A DNA stretch of 63,523 bases, filler included, from Rhabdomonas costata (Eukaryota): assembly GCA_019059605.1 (NCBI GenBank). It is 54 parts of 54 records of this genome, joined end to end, with 100 filler letters (N's around TTAATTAATTAA, not from the genome) between each part and the next. Parts side by side here need not be neighbours in the genome. Positions count along the whole stretch, not along the records: positions 12,961 to 14,038 come from JAHMHO010029775.1; positions 14,139 to 15,229 come from JAHMHO010029776.1; positions 15,330 to 16,407 come from JAHMHO010029777.1; positions 16,508 to 17,584 come from JAHMHO010029778.1; positions 17,685 to 18,762 come from JAHMHO010029779.1; positions 18,863 to 19,940 come from JAHMHO010029780.1; positions 20,041 to 21,118 come from JAHMHO010029781.1; positions 21,219 to 22,294 come from JAHMHO010029782.1; 46 more parts are not named here. One strand, 5' to 3'. Under the pieces are notes generated by a model that saw only the letters and a list, made by a program, of their open reading frames with translations, was not told where the DNA came from and ran no database searches. Each line of letters opens with the position of its first letter. Within the stretch, counting starts at the first letter, position 1. Both the position numbers and the translations under genes were made by a program. Shown here one piece after another: positions 12,961 to 24,750 of this stretch.

Positions 12961-13703
12961 GCAGCAGCCGATCGCGTGGCGAGGGCGGGGTCGAGCCGGC
13001 ATCTCCGGCAGGGGAGGCCATCCCCTTTGCCGGCGCTCGGAGCTCCGCAATGAGCTGCTCGGGGGCTGTGAATCGCACCTGTGGGAGAGGAGGGGAGGGG
13101 TTCGTTCTGCACGCACATTCATAAAAATTTAACCGTGTTCCCAACATTCGGCAGGATCACACCGCATTGCCAGTAGGTGGCAGCATGTAGTTTTTAATAA
13201 AGCAGTTGCTACATAAGCAGTGGCTAACTGTGGCTGTGGGAGCGGACTCATAAGGAATTGAAAAAATTATCCCTTTTCCTTCCGAACGTGAAATCCCGTT
13301 TCCTCCATGACATCCAAGAGCAAAAGAGGCAAGCAGAAAGCGGAGACGAAACTAGTGGTGCTCGGGCATGCATGTGTGCGGGGAGAAGGGAAGGGAATGG
13401 GAGCCGGCACCTCCGTTGGCGCGGCCAGGCACAGCTTCACCCTAAGCCCCGAGGGAATGCCCTCCGCGGCGGTGGTGACGAGTTCACTCTTCCACTCAAA
13501 CGCCAGCTCCTCCAGCGCGTCCTCCAGCTCCAGGGCACCCTCCTCCTCTCCGCTCTCGGCCTGGATAGAGGGGGAAGAGGACAATCCCGCCCAACCACCC
13601 AAAAAAACCTCTTCGTGAAGCCTTGGGTGATCCTTGGGCAGCCAGGTCTTGCGATGCCGAAGCATTCCGGCCCACTTCGAAGCAAGCGTGTGATATTGCT
13701 TGA
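12961..13703 (-). CDS. Three exons of a hypothetical protein (13703-13609, 13560-13411, 13078-12961)
   Basis: GT-AG boundaries with phase-0 joins; includes a 48-nt intron at 13608-13561; acidic GC3-rich frame (EEEGALELEDALEELAFEWKSELV). Confidence 0.55.
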
Positions 13704-14196
13704 CTGTGCCCAGGGTTTTTCAGGAGTAAAAGGATGCTATGGTCAAAAACTACGTAGAGCGCAAGCCGAAAATTTGCTCCCCTGCCAAAAAGCCCAAGAC
13801 CCAGGTATGCGAAAGGTCCAAATTGTGCTCATCCAAGTCGTCTTCTGCGGCAAAAAGACCTGCACGCACAAGAAAAAGTAGCGCTTCCATTGAAATCCAA
13901 TCTCATCCGCACTCTGTCTCCCATCCCATCTCTCAGCTTTCAGTGATGGCTACGCTCGCGCACACGCAGGCACCTGGGACAGGCCCTGCAGCTCCACCAA
14001 CACACGCTGCTCCCACCCCCACCAAACACACCCACCACNNNNNNNNNNNNNNNNNNNNNNNNNNNNNNNNNNNNNNNNNNNNTTAATTAATTAANNNNNN
14101 NNNNNNNNNNNNNNNNNNNNNNNNNNNNNNNNNNNNNNGGTTGGGGGTCTCTTTCCTGCGGTCGGCCTCTCCTGCTCTGTGTCTCTGTTCTCCCTC

Positions 14197-14199
<3 letters not shown>

Positions 14200-14252
<53 letters not shown>
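14200..14252. repeat. (TG)n microsatellite
   Basis: About 26 perfect dinucleotide units. Confidence 0.97.
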
Positions 14253-14253
<1 letters not shown>

Positions 14254-15569
14254 GGGCGTATAGCAAGCTGGGTGGCAGGTTGCTGGTGACGGGCCACGGG
14301 TGCTCGCAAGGGGAAGCAAATAGTAACGTGATAGCAATTTGAGGAGGAAATTTGGGAGGCTTGGTCGCTTCCCGCTCAGCATGGTGCTTCCATTGGAGGG
14401 GGCCGCTACTCCACCCCAGATGAACCGGCCGAGGTTGAGGAGACGGAGAGCACGGTGTGTAAGTTGGGCGCCTAGGGCGTTGGTTGTTGCCTGGCTTGCT
14501 ATTGGTGACCGCTGTGCACTAACGCGCTGTTGGCCACGGGTGTTTACGACAGGTACCTTCGGAGCGAGCGGTGCCGTGGGATACCGGTTCCCTGCCGAGC
14601 ATTCTACACGTTCTTTCTTCTGCCTCGCCGGTTCATTGTCATTGTCGCGGAGCAACTTGTGTGACTGTGAGCTGTGAGTGTGTGGGTGCCCACATGCGGA
14701 TCCGGAAGCAATTTTTTCAAGCGGTAAAGGTGGAAAAAATCGGCATGCCTGTTTCTCAAAGGTAGCTTCAGGACAAAGCAACTCCCCGGCTGCCTTGCCT
14801 GCGGCCCCCGCTGAGGCGAAGACAGTGAAGCCTTGGCCTTGCCCCATTGCGAAACGCACATACAAAAAAATTCAGGCAGAGGAGAGAGCGCCTGCAAGAA
14901 GAAGCCTATCCCCACTCACGGCATTATGCGCTCAGAAGCCACGGATTCATTTTCGATTCTTCCTCGCCCAAGAAATGGCAAAGACACAATCCACCCCGTC
15001 TCTTCCAGGATGACAATGCCAACACCCACTGGAAAACTAAAGTGTTCCCCGCTCTTCTCAAGACACGGCAAAAGAAATTAGGTTTTTGAAGAGCACCAAA
15101 ATGAAGGCCTTTACAGTCGTTTCGTTTTCTATTAAAAAAGTGCAATTTAGCGAGTTCCAGCTGTTCAAGCAACATGTTCGGAGGAAGTAGGAAATGTTTC
15201 ACAGGATTACCGCTGCAATACAACACCCCNNNNNNNNNNNNNNNNNNNNNNNNNNNNNNNNNNNNNNNNNNNNTTAATTAATTAANNNNNNNNNNNNNNN
15301 NNNNNNNNNNNNNNNNNNNNNNNNNNNNNGTTGGTTGGTAGGACAGGCTATTTTGCAAGCTTGTGTTTTGTGTTTTTTGTTTCTATTTTTGTCTGATTGA
15401 TGGAGCGGATATTGTAGGATATGCTGAGTGTAGGATATGTGCTAATGCGGCTGTGCTGTTGACATGCGTTGAGGTGGGTCGCCACCCAGACATCCCTAAC
15501 CCCTCCCCCCAGCAGAGCAGATAGTGTGTTATGCTTGTCATTGCGGAATTCTGGGTTGGTTTTCTGCAG

Positions 15570-16250
15570 TGGAGGTATTCCCCGCCGTGGCCAGGCCTTT
15601 CTCTCTTGTCCCCTCCTTGCCATCCGTGCAGGAAGGTATAGAATACGGCCCCGCCATGTGAGGGACTATAGACCAGGGATACGGAGCCCAGAAGCACGAG
15701 CAAGCAAGCAGACGCAAGTTAGCGCCTCGAAAAGCCATTTTCACTGCATGTCATTTTAGGAAGTGGTCTGTATGGTTGCCTTTTAGCTGTGTGATTTCAT
15801 AGAGCAAGGGGCATTCTGTCCTTCTTCCCTTCTCTGACCTCTTGAGGAACGTGCCTTGGTGTCTCCTCGTTTCTATATTTCTTTCGGCGTTTCTTATGCG
15901 AATGCTGGGATGCTCTTGTTTTGTCTGCGGGGCAGCGACTGCCAATGTCCGCCAGCGCACTGCGTGGCTTGCCAGAGGAAGACTGAGCGAGTTGAGGGCA
16001 AATTCATACGATGTGCTTCTGCAGGTATACCGGGTACTTGCGCACACACTAATACTCACACACCCCCCCTGTTTGTACAAACACAGCTGCTTTGCAAGGT
16101 AGTAGTGTGCGGTTGTTTTTTTTTGCTGGATGCTCATGCCTGACCAGCTCCTTTCCCTTTTTCCCCTCGCGAGGTACGTGATGTCTTGCTGAATACCGTT
16201 CTGTTTGGCGTTGGACGCGGAACGGTTTCCCTTCTATATACGCCGTCGTG
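15570..16250 (+). CDS. Three exons of a hypothetical protein (15570-15635, 15936-16024, 16174-16250)
   Basis: GT-AG boundaries and compatible phases give an open frame (...ATANVRQRTAWLARGRLSELRANSYDVLLQVRDVLLNTVLFG...). Confidence 0.45.
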
Positions 16251-16544
16251 GTATGCCACACAACCCCTTCTTGCTGTTGAAGACAGTATACGTGTTTTTG
16301 TCTCCTTGGCGTGAATTGGCTGTGCACTGTTGTTTTTGTATCGCAGGCTGTAAGGTTGGTGTGGTGTGTCTCCAACTCCCGTGTTGTGTGCATAACTGCT
16401 CATGTCCNNNNNNNNNNNNNNNNNNNNNNNNNNNNNNNNNNNNNNNNNNNNTTAATTAATTAANNNNNNNNNNNNNNNNNNNNNNNNNNNNNNNNNNNNN
16501 NNNNNNNGGTAGCGTGAGGTGGGTGGGTGGCTTATGGGTGGCAG

Positions 16545-17420
16545 CTGCAATGCGCGTGGTTGCTGCGCATCGCCTCCGCGCTGATTTCTGGGCACCTCGG
16601 AGACTTTGGTGAGTCCGTGAGGCAGCTCGACGCGCAGCTTGCCGGGGTGGCCGCGGAGTTGTGCGGCAGTTCAGGGCCCTCCGCCGCGGGTAATGCCCCA
16701 GGGCCTCAGCTGGAGCTCGCTCTGCTGTTCTTTCTGCGGGAGTTTTTGAGGTTGACATGAGAGGAAGGGGGGTTCCGCCCAAATCATGTGGGACCGGCTC
16801 ATCTGATTTTTCCATGCTGGCTTTATGGTGTTACCTGCAATCAAGTTTGAATAATGATGATGGGTGTGGTTGGGTAACTTCTTGTATTCTGGTTCTGGAA
16901 GTTGGGGCGAAGAAAGGGAGGGCAGGGTGCGGCGTAACATTGCGGTTTAGTAGATCAGCAGATTAGATCGGAACCCGTGCGTTTCACGACGCCAGAGCGA
17001 ATGGAAAAACGCCTTGCACGCTCATGCAAGCCTATGTTTAAAGCATTCCCAAATTCCCAATGCTTCAGTTGGAACCTCATACTCAGTTCTGAGTTTCGGG
17101 ATTTAACTTACCTTTCAAAAAATGAACGCCCGATTTCCATTGTAAGTGACACCCATTTTGATGATTATCATGTTGGCTGTCACCTGTAGTTGTGCTGTGC
17201 TGTGGTGCATGTGTTCCTCCTTTCAGGGTTTACATGAGTGGAGGGCATCCCTCGGACCCCGACTCCGGTGGGGGGGAGGGGATGATTTCCTTTCTGGCCG
17301 CGGCTGCCACCCCCACCCAGCCCCCCTTGCTGAGCTGCATGATTGCGAAGGTCCCCCTCAATCTGCAGCGCTGTGCTGGGTGTGAGGCCGTCGTGAAGGA
17401 CACCCTGCTGCTCTTCCACG
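16545..17420 (+). CDS. XPO7: Exportin-7/RanBP16-like karyopherin, two exons (16545-16750, 17227-17420)
   Basis: Spliced product QCAWLLRIASALI...LDAQL...LELALLFFLREFLRVY...MIAKVPLNL...CEAVVKDTLLLF is co-linear with XPO7 LTWLVYIIGAVI...MDGEL...LELAMLSFFEQFRKIY...FIGKIITNL...CEPITSKTLQLL; phase-2 GT-AG intron. Confidence 0.8.
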
Positions 17421-18174
17421 GTGTGCGTGGGTCAGCGTGCTGCATTAGCAGGTGGTACACGTTTCCCCTGCAAATCCATATAATAGAATCCCAGGGGAAA
17501 CGTGCATCACCTCCTAACCCTCTGCAAACTCAGAACTTCACAGCTCACCATACACAGGAGCAGAAGCACAGAAGCACAAAAACCNNNNNNNNNNNNNNNN
17601 NNNNNNNNNNNNNNNNNNNNNNNNNNNNTTAATTAATTAANNNNNNNNNNNNNNNNNNNNNNNNNNNNNNNNNNNNNNNNNNNNTGGTTTGGTGCATATT
17701 CGGCAGATCAAGGAAAGGGACTCTTAGGATTTAGCAGGGTCCTCCTCTTCTCGCATTGAGATAACTGAGCGCCAAAAGCCGACGTAGATCCGGGGAATCG
17801 CGAGAAGAGGAGGACCCTGCTAAATCCTAAGAGTCCCTTTCCTTGATCTGCCGAATATGCACCGATCCGCACCGAACTGCAAGAAATTCGAATCCGACAG
17901 TGACCCGTCAAGTCCAGAAACCCGCGGGGACTAAAAGATCTGACCTTGCTCGGTTCAAAAATTTTGCATGTCGTGTCAAAATTACCAACCGCGCGACGCA
18001 AGGGATGACAATACCTCGCGGAAGGCAACGATCAATCTACTCAAAAGACTGCCGGTAACCTGCAATCGATCTGCGAAATGCATGTATATGTAAAAATTTG
18101 AAACACCCGCACATGCACACAGGCGAACCCTCTCTTTCTCGCTCCCTTACACTCAAACACCTGCCCTCGTGAAC

Positions 18175-18381
18175 CTCTTCACGGTGGCAGCTGGCCGAAA
18201 GGCGGTCCAGCACACAGGGGTACGGTGGGTCTTGCCCAGTGGTGGAATGCTCGGGAAAGGTGTCCAGGTCGTTCAGCGGGTAGATGTCACAACGCACGGG
18301 GCCAAACCGCCACAGAAGCTTCAGCCGGAAGCTCAAGATGTGCTCAAAGATCTCCGCTTTGCCCAGCTCTGCCGCAAGCAC
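18175..18381 (-). CDS. TRPV-like cation channel, exon covering the last ankyrin repeat and membrane-proximal linker
   Basis: LAAELGKAEIFEHIL...LWRFGPVRCDIYPLNDLDT matches the TRPV motif LAAxxG...F-x-H...W-x-YGP-x4-LY-x-L-x2-ID; 207-nt phase 0-0 exon. Confidence 0.85.
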
Positions 18382-18882
18382 CTGTGCATCCCACACAGAA
18401 TGGAAAAATAGTATCCCCGCCGAATTAGTTCGTAGTTTAGATTAAGCTGCAGTCCTTCCACTAAAATGACCCGCCACCCGCTGTGGGTAGAGTAGAGCAT
18501 TCATATACTCTACAAGAACCTTCAGAGAATCTGGAGGGCTATCTGAACATCCTCCCACTAGTTGTATGAAGGATAGTCAGACACGGTGCTGACTAAACTC
18601 ACATCGACTAGCTCAGTGAAGGCGGACGGAAGGGGGGGGGGGCTTGCCGCCCTCTGGCCACTTCTATATTCCATTTATCTCAACCACGCCAATGAACCCA
18701 CCCACTCACCCACACCCACACTTGGCAAGGATGGAAGCTCTTACGGGTGCTACCCCCCCACANNNNNNNNNNNNNNNNNNNNNNNNNNNNNNNNNNNNNN
18801 NNNNNNTTAATTAATTAANNNNNNNNNNNNNNNNNNNNNNNNNNNNNNNNNNNNNNNNNNNNGCGTGGTTAGTGGTTTGCTT

Positions 18883-18926
18883 GAGTTGGAGTTGGAGTTG
18901 GAGTTGGAGTTGGAGTTGGAGTTGGA
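18883..18926. repeat. (GAGTTG)n hexanucleotide tandem repeat
   Basis: About 7 perfect units. Confidence 0.95.
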
Positions 18927-20932
18927 GGATGAGTTCTGTGGGTCAGGGTTGAATTGAAATCTTCTAGCGGCTTGCTTGAGTGTGTGTTTTGGGCGTATTG
19001 CTGTGGGGGACTTGAAGTCCTGTGATTCTCACCGGCGCAGTAAGTGGATGCCATCCGAGTGGGGGAAGTGGGATGCTTTCAGTGTGATTGGGTGTTCGAC
19101 AATAATTGACCGGAACCCTTTCTCTTTTTCCACTTCATCCAACGCTTCATCAAGTGAGCGAGCGAAGACAAAGGACTTCGAAATACAGCCACTCACAAGT
19201 AATAACGTGAGCATATGTCAGTTTTGTGGCGTGCACCTCACCACTTTTTTCTCAGGCCATTTCTGCTCTCTGCTCTACATGACAGTGCTGCTGCTGGCGG
19301 TCTCGATGCTTCCGTTTGTGAACTTCTTCGCACACTTTGGAGGTGTGGGCACCTTCGCTTTTCTTGTCGTTTCTCCGGCAGTTGTCTGAACACAACATTC
19401 ACTTCAAGAGTGCCAATGAACTATTTGCCGCACACGTTGCCTCCCCCCTCTCCGTCATTACCTATCATTAGTTCAGTCGGCTGCTCAACTCAAACGTTAT
19501 ACACTCACACTTTTCTTTGTGCGTTGCCACAGTCACTCCACCTGGGGTCACTCCTGGCTTTCTCATTGCTTTCTCCTCGACCTCCCACAACTGTTTTTTT
19601 TTTTTGGATTTGTACTGAAGTCCAGAACATAACTGGCAGAGGGCATCGTACAAAGGATCGCGTACAGGTGCGCAAACGGGTTCGAGGAGGGCGAAAGGGA
19701 TTGCATGCAGCGAAGGACAAACTGCAAGCACCCAGCGCAGCAAAATCAAAGCAGTTTAGGACCAGACCGCAACCAGATTGTCCAAAAACCTCTCAAGCCC
19801 CGCCAACTGTTTTAAGCTGTAATGCTCGAAATGTGTAGCAGGCCCGACACCGGAGCCAAGAACCGTAAGACCCTGAGAGGAGGGACGATAACAGAGGCGA
19901 TGCAAAAGAACCGGGGGAAAGCGAAGCATCCCACCAAAACNNNNNNNNNNNNNNNNNNNNNNNNNNNNNNNNNNNNNNNNNNNNTTAATTAATTAANNNN
20001 NNNNNNNNNNNNNNNNNNNNNNNNNNNNNNNNNNNNNNNNGGGGTGTGGGGGGCGACGCAACCCTGCTACAGCGAAGAAGAGAGGAGTGCAGAAGCGGTG
20101 CTCACAGAGCTGTGCGACGTGCAGCCAAAAATTGGATAGATAGAAAAACAATTGTCAGGAAGGTCCTGCACCCAAACACCACACACACACTCACACATCC
20201 ACGCAAACGCACACGATTGGCCGGCAACAACCTTCGGAAAACTCCAGAACCCGATGCATTATTTTGCATTTACCTTTTTCATTTGGCACGGTCACACGAA
20301 TATCCATCGGACCCCCAAAGGTACCAACACTGGACAGCTCTGTTTTTTTTTGTGGTTTTTTGGTCCTTTGCTGTGTATCAATGGTGGAACATACACATGA
20401 TTTGCGCCGGCGAGACAGTGTATTTGTGAAAGTCATTAAGAGGTAACGATAACAAACTGGAGCCGAACCGTGCACCCAAAGCCAATCTCTTTCGGCTCGT
20501 GCATAATGCTGACATGACCGAGTGAAGTATAACAGCAAAAACCTCCAGCGCCTCAAACATCGTTCTCTCACCTAGGCTGCCGTTCAGGCCAGACTGGGAA
20601 GTGCTCCGCACGCACTAATCCAGTAGGCTCCCTTCAACGTAAGCACGGCACGACAAACTACAGTAAACAGAGACAGATAGAGAAAGAAAACCAGGAGGTA
20701 AACGTAAATTGCACGCAATAAATACAAAGGGCGCGGCGGAAACGGCGCATAGCAAGAGTGGAAGGGTGCGGGAAGAAAGGATCAAAGAAGTTACAGAGAT
20801 GGGATTCTGCCCCACAGCTAGGCGCGTCTGTACAGGGAGGAGGAACAGAGGAGGAAGTCAGGAAATCAGGCAGACATCACAAGCGAGCCCTTTTTTCGTA
20901 GGAAAAATACGTCAAGGAAAAGAGAGCGGGGC

Positions 20933-21101
20933 TCAACGGTCCTCCGCCCCCACCGGGGTGGTTCTCAGCGGTGCAATGCGTAAGAAAGGGTCCAGCAGGA
21001 GCTCCGCGGCGGGGGGGCGCTGGGTGGGGTCTGCCTGGAGCATCCGCCGGATCAGCCTACGCGCAGCCTCGTTCTGTCCACAGGCCGACATGTCGGGAAT
21101 C
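20933..21101 (-). CDS. Ser/Thr protein kinase, C-terminal exon (subdomain XI)
   Basis: AARRLIRRMLQADPTQRPPAAELLLDPFL is a typical subdomain XI; cacag| acceptor. Confidence 0.85.
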
Positions 21102-21486
21102 CTGTGTCCCCACACCCCNNNNNNNNNNNNNNNNNNNNNNNNNNNNNNNNNNNNNNNNNNNNTTAATTAATTAANNNNNNNNNNNNNNNNNNNNNNNNNN
21201 NNNNNNNNNNNNNNNNNNGTTGGTTGGGGGCTCCCTCTCTTGAGAGTGCAGTGCTTTAAGAGGCGATGCACGCGTCCCTTAGGACTTTTTTCAGGATGTC
21301 CTCAGCCGCGGAGTGCAGTGGCGCTGTGCGCTTTCGTTTGGTTTTGATGTGCTGTTGCGCGAGCTGGTTGAAGCGGGGGGGGGGGACGTGAGTGCCCTTG
21401 CGTGAGGTGTGAGAGGAGGAAACGAGGCAGCTTTGTCAACAGATTAAAGCGTATCTGCCCCACTGGGTGCGGATGTGGGTGTGTAG

Positions 21487-21593
21487 GTGCTGCTTCCTGC
21501 CAACGTGCCTGCGCTGTACGAGGTGGGTGCGTCTAGCGTGGTGTGTGTCAGCCAGCTGCAGACGGAGCTCCTCGCGTGCGCCTGCTACTGCAG
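21487..21593 (+). CDS. Slo/BK-family K+ channel, RCK1 exon
   Basis: GASSVVCVSQLQTELLACACYCR resembles Slo '[23 protein letters not shown]'; bounded by gtag| and |gtccg. Confidence 0.6.
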
Positions 21594-22904
21594 GTCCGCG
21601 CCCTTTCCTCTCGCTTCCCCTTCGTACCCTCCACCTTGCTTTGGCTCGCGCTTGAGGCGGGTGAGAGAGGTGACCTGGTCTGTAGCTGGAAGTTTTTTGA
21701 GATCACAGCCTACCTTAGCTTTGGGCGTGCACACACTGTTGCCCACGGAAACTGATGTGTGGACAGGTCAGTGGTTTTACGAGATTTCAATTTTTTGTAA
21801 GGGAGGAGACAGCGGCAGCTGGACTGAAATCATCAGAGCACGGCTCGCAGTTTGGATGGAAGCAAAGTGATGCAAGAATAATCTGCAACAAAAAAAAACT
21901 GAATTTAAGCAAGGTGCAAGAAAAGGAAAAGGAAAAGGAAAGCTGTGGGGAGAGGGGAGATGGGGGGAGGGAAAGGTGAGGCAGGAGGTTGGTGACAGAG
22001 CAAAGATCGGGTATGGGGATAAGTATAGGGGAGGAAAGAGCCTTTTTTTTGGAAAGAATTCGAAAAAGAAAAGGAAAAAGAAAAGAGAGATGTCAAAATA
22101 GAAAAATTGAATAGCACACTGCAACTCCGTTACGCCACAGTTTGGGCAAAGAAATGCTGTGCGCATTGATATGGAACCTCTTTCCTTTGCTGTCGCGCCT
22201 TCTTCCTGAACCTCCCGGTCATTTCTGCTGTGGTAACTGTCCCTTCAGGGGGATCCACACCCTAATCACCAATTTGGTCACGAGCCACAAACCCNNNNNN
22301 NNNNNNNNNNNNNNNNNNNNNNNNNNNNNNNNNNNNNNTTAATTAATTAANNNNNNNNNNNNNNNNNNNNNNNNNNNNNNNNNNNNNNNNNNNNGTGGGG
22401 GGGGGGCACAAAGGCTGGTGGTCGTGTAAGACTCTTATATGGCGTTGGCGGTGGGGTATTAGTCCTCGAATGGAGGATGAGTGGATGAGGGGTGGAAGAA
22501 ACCATCTGATGGGAACACTTCCAGACAGCAGAATTAATAGCACGACACCTTCCAAAGGCGCGGCCACCGAGAGAAACCCAATCTCTGCCACCACCTCGCA
22601 GGGGACCTCAACCCCTGATGCAGTAGGGAAGGAGAAAAAATAAGGAGGATAAGGGCACAAGTACAGAGCAGCACCAAAGAAAAAGTCTCGAAGCCCCATA
22701 CACTGCAATCAGGTACCAATCCACAAACATATCAACAGATATATAAATCAAAATGAGAAGAATATATATTCTTTCTGCCTCCCAGTTACCCGCATTGCCC
22801 ATGTCAAAACCACGTAGCGACAAGCGGCTGCGCGCCTGCTTCGAAAAAAAAGACGTACATGAATCCCCCACACCAGCAAACATATTCACGTTTCAAACGG
22901 AAAC

Positions 22905-23199
22905 CTGCTCCGGACTCTCCCGGGTGCGGGCCGTGCTGTCCACAAACCAGCACGCCACGGGGCTCAGCGCCACCACGGGCCGGTCGCTGCGGGTGAGCAT
23001 CTGCAGCCCCTTCAGAAGGCACTCCTCGGGAACATGCTGGGCCAGCGCGGTGGGGGCCAACCCCGTCACCATCGACCGAGGCTTCGCTGAGGCGGCCTGC
23101 TGGATGGCCTCGAGATGGGGCTGCAGCAGCTCAAACTCTTCCGCAAGCTCGGCCAGGCTGTCCTCCAGGGAAACGCCCTGCAGCAACCCTCCCACCATC
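22905..23199 (-). CDS. Exon of a hypothetical protein
   Basis: GC3-rich open frame (GVSLEDSLAELAEEFELLQPHLEAIQQ...) ending CAG|gt; acceptor position uncertain. Confidence 0.5.
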
Positions 23200-24154
23200 C
23201 TCAGAATATACCGGCGGCGAACACATTTCCAACTCCGCAAAGAAAACTTTTCAGTAATCCATATTTTACTGCGGATGAACTCCGCGACCACGGCGAAACA
23301 CAGGATGTCACTCGGATGATCGTCGACTGATTTGAGTTGATGTGATAGACAGAAGGTGAATAGCACAGGCGACCCAAATTGAACCATGCAAAAATCCCCC
23401 CCCCCAAAGAAAGCACACAAAAAGCGAAGGCACCACCTGTTGAGGTCATAGAGTATCAATTCACCAAAAAAANNNNNNNNNNNNNNNNNNNNNNNNNNNN
23501 NNNNNNNNNNNNNNNNTTAATTAATTAANNNNNNNNNNNNNNNNNNNNNNNNNNNNNNNNNNNNNNNNNNNNTGTGTTGTTTACGGGGACAAGGGGCTTG
23601 AATTGTGTCTGCGTGTGTGGGCGAAGAGTTGTGAGGCTGAGTACGTCAACTGAGGATGGTGCCCTTGCCGGATGATGGTTTTGTTTTCTTTTCGTGGGTG
23701 TTGTATCTTCGCGCCAGGACAGACTGAAACCAAGCCTGCCGTTTGCTCACGCTGGTTGTGCACGTGTGGGTTCGTCTTTTGTTGTCCAGGCTAACTTCCC
23801 AGATCTCGGAACATCTCATCCGCCGATTTGCTAGTGTATTTCGCTGGAGAGCACAGAAAGAGGGCGCCTGAAGGAAAGAAAGGCAAGCAAAGCCCGGCGA
23901 GTTTCGAAAAGCCGGGTGAACTGGGCACAGTACCCTGCAGCTCATGACCCTTCTACATTCCTGTCGTGGATGCTTTTGCGTTTGGCTGCGAACGTCTGCT
24001 TTTTGCACTCGGGAGCTACTGGAGCGAGGGGAGCTATTCGTTTACGTCGGGCGGAGAGAGGTAGGGAGGGAGGTAGAGAGTCGGTCTGCGTGAGCGCTTG
24101 TTTACTCTGTCCGCCTTTCTTTGTGGGATTCTCTTGCTCTCCGCTTGGACTTAG

Positions 24155-24274
24155 TGTCCGTGGACTGCATGGGATGGTTCGGCGAGGGTCACCAGTGTCC
24201 AAGCGACTCCATTTTTTCGAGCACCTCTTCGCCGTGCCCCTCTGGTTCCTGCGCTGCCAGTGACTGCTGCGCTG
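24155..24274 (+). CDS. Cys-rich extracellular module encoded by a symmetric phase 1-1 exon
   Basis: SVDCMGWFGEGHQCPSDSIFSSTSSPCPSGSCAASDCCA; 120 nt between ttag| and |gtgct. Confidence 0.55.
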
Positions 24275-24750
24275 GTGCTGCCTTTCCTCGCTCTTCCCTC
24301 GCGTGTGATTTTGCCTGGTGAGAAGTGATGTTCAGCGAGAATCAATTGTACAGAGAGACCGTTTGACAGGCAAACCTCAAGACCTCTATTTTGGGGAGCA
24401 CCGCCAGGATTGACTGTGTGCTTTTTCATCGAGGCTGGGCCATATTTGCAATTTGGAATTGAGGAGTTTGCTCCTTTTCTGGCCATGTGCGACTGATCAT
24501 TGCCGTGGAGAGTTCTTCCTGTCGTGTCTCTCGATGCAGCGCTGTTCACGTGGGCCACGGTCGACTCCCCCAGCGGCTCTTTTGAGGGGAACCGCTCACA
24601 ACAAGACCGCGTTCGTCACGGAAACAAGATGACCACTACACCAACAACAANNNNNNNNNNNNNNNNNNNNNNNNNNNNNNNNNNNNNNNNNNNNTTAATT
24701 AATTAANNNNNNNNNNNNNNNNNNNNNNNNNNNNNNNNNNNNNNNNNNNN

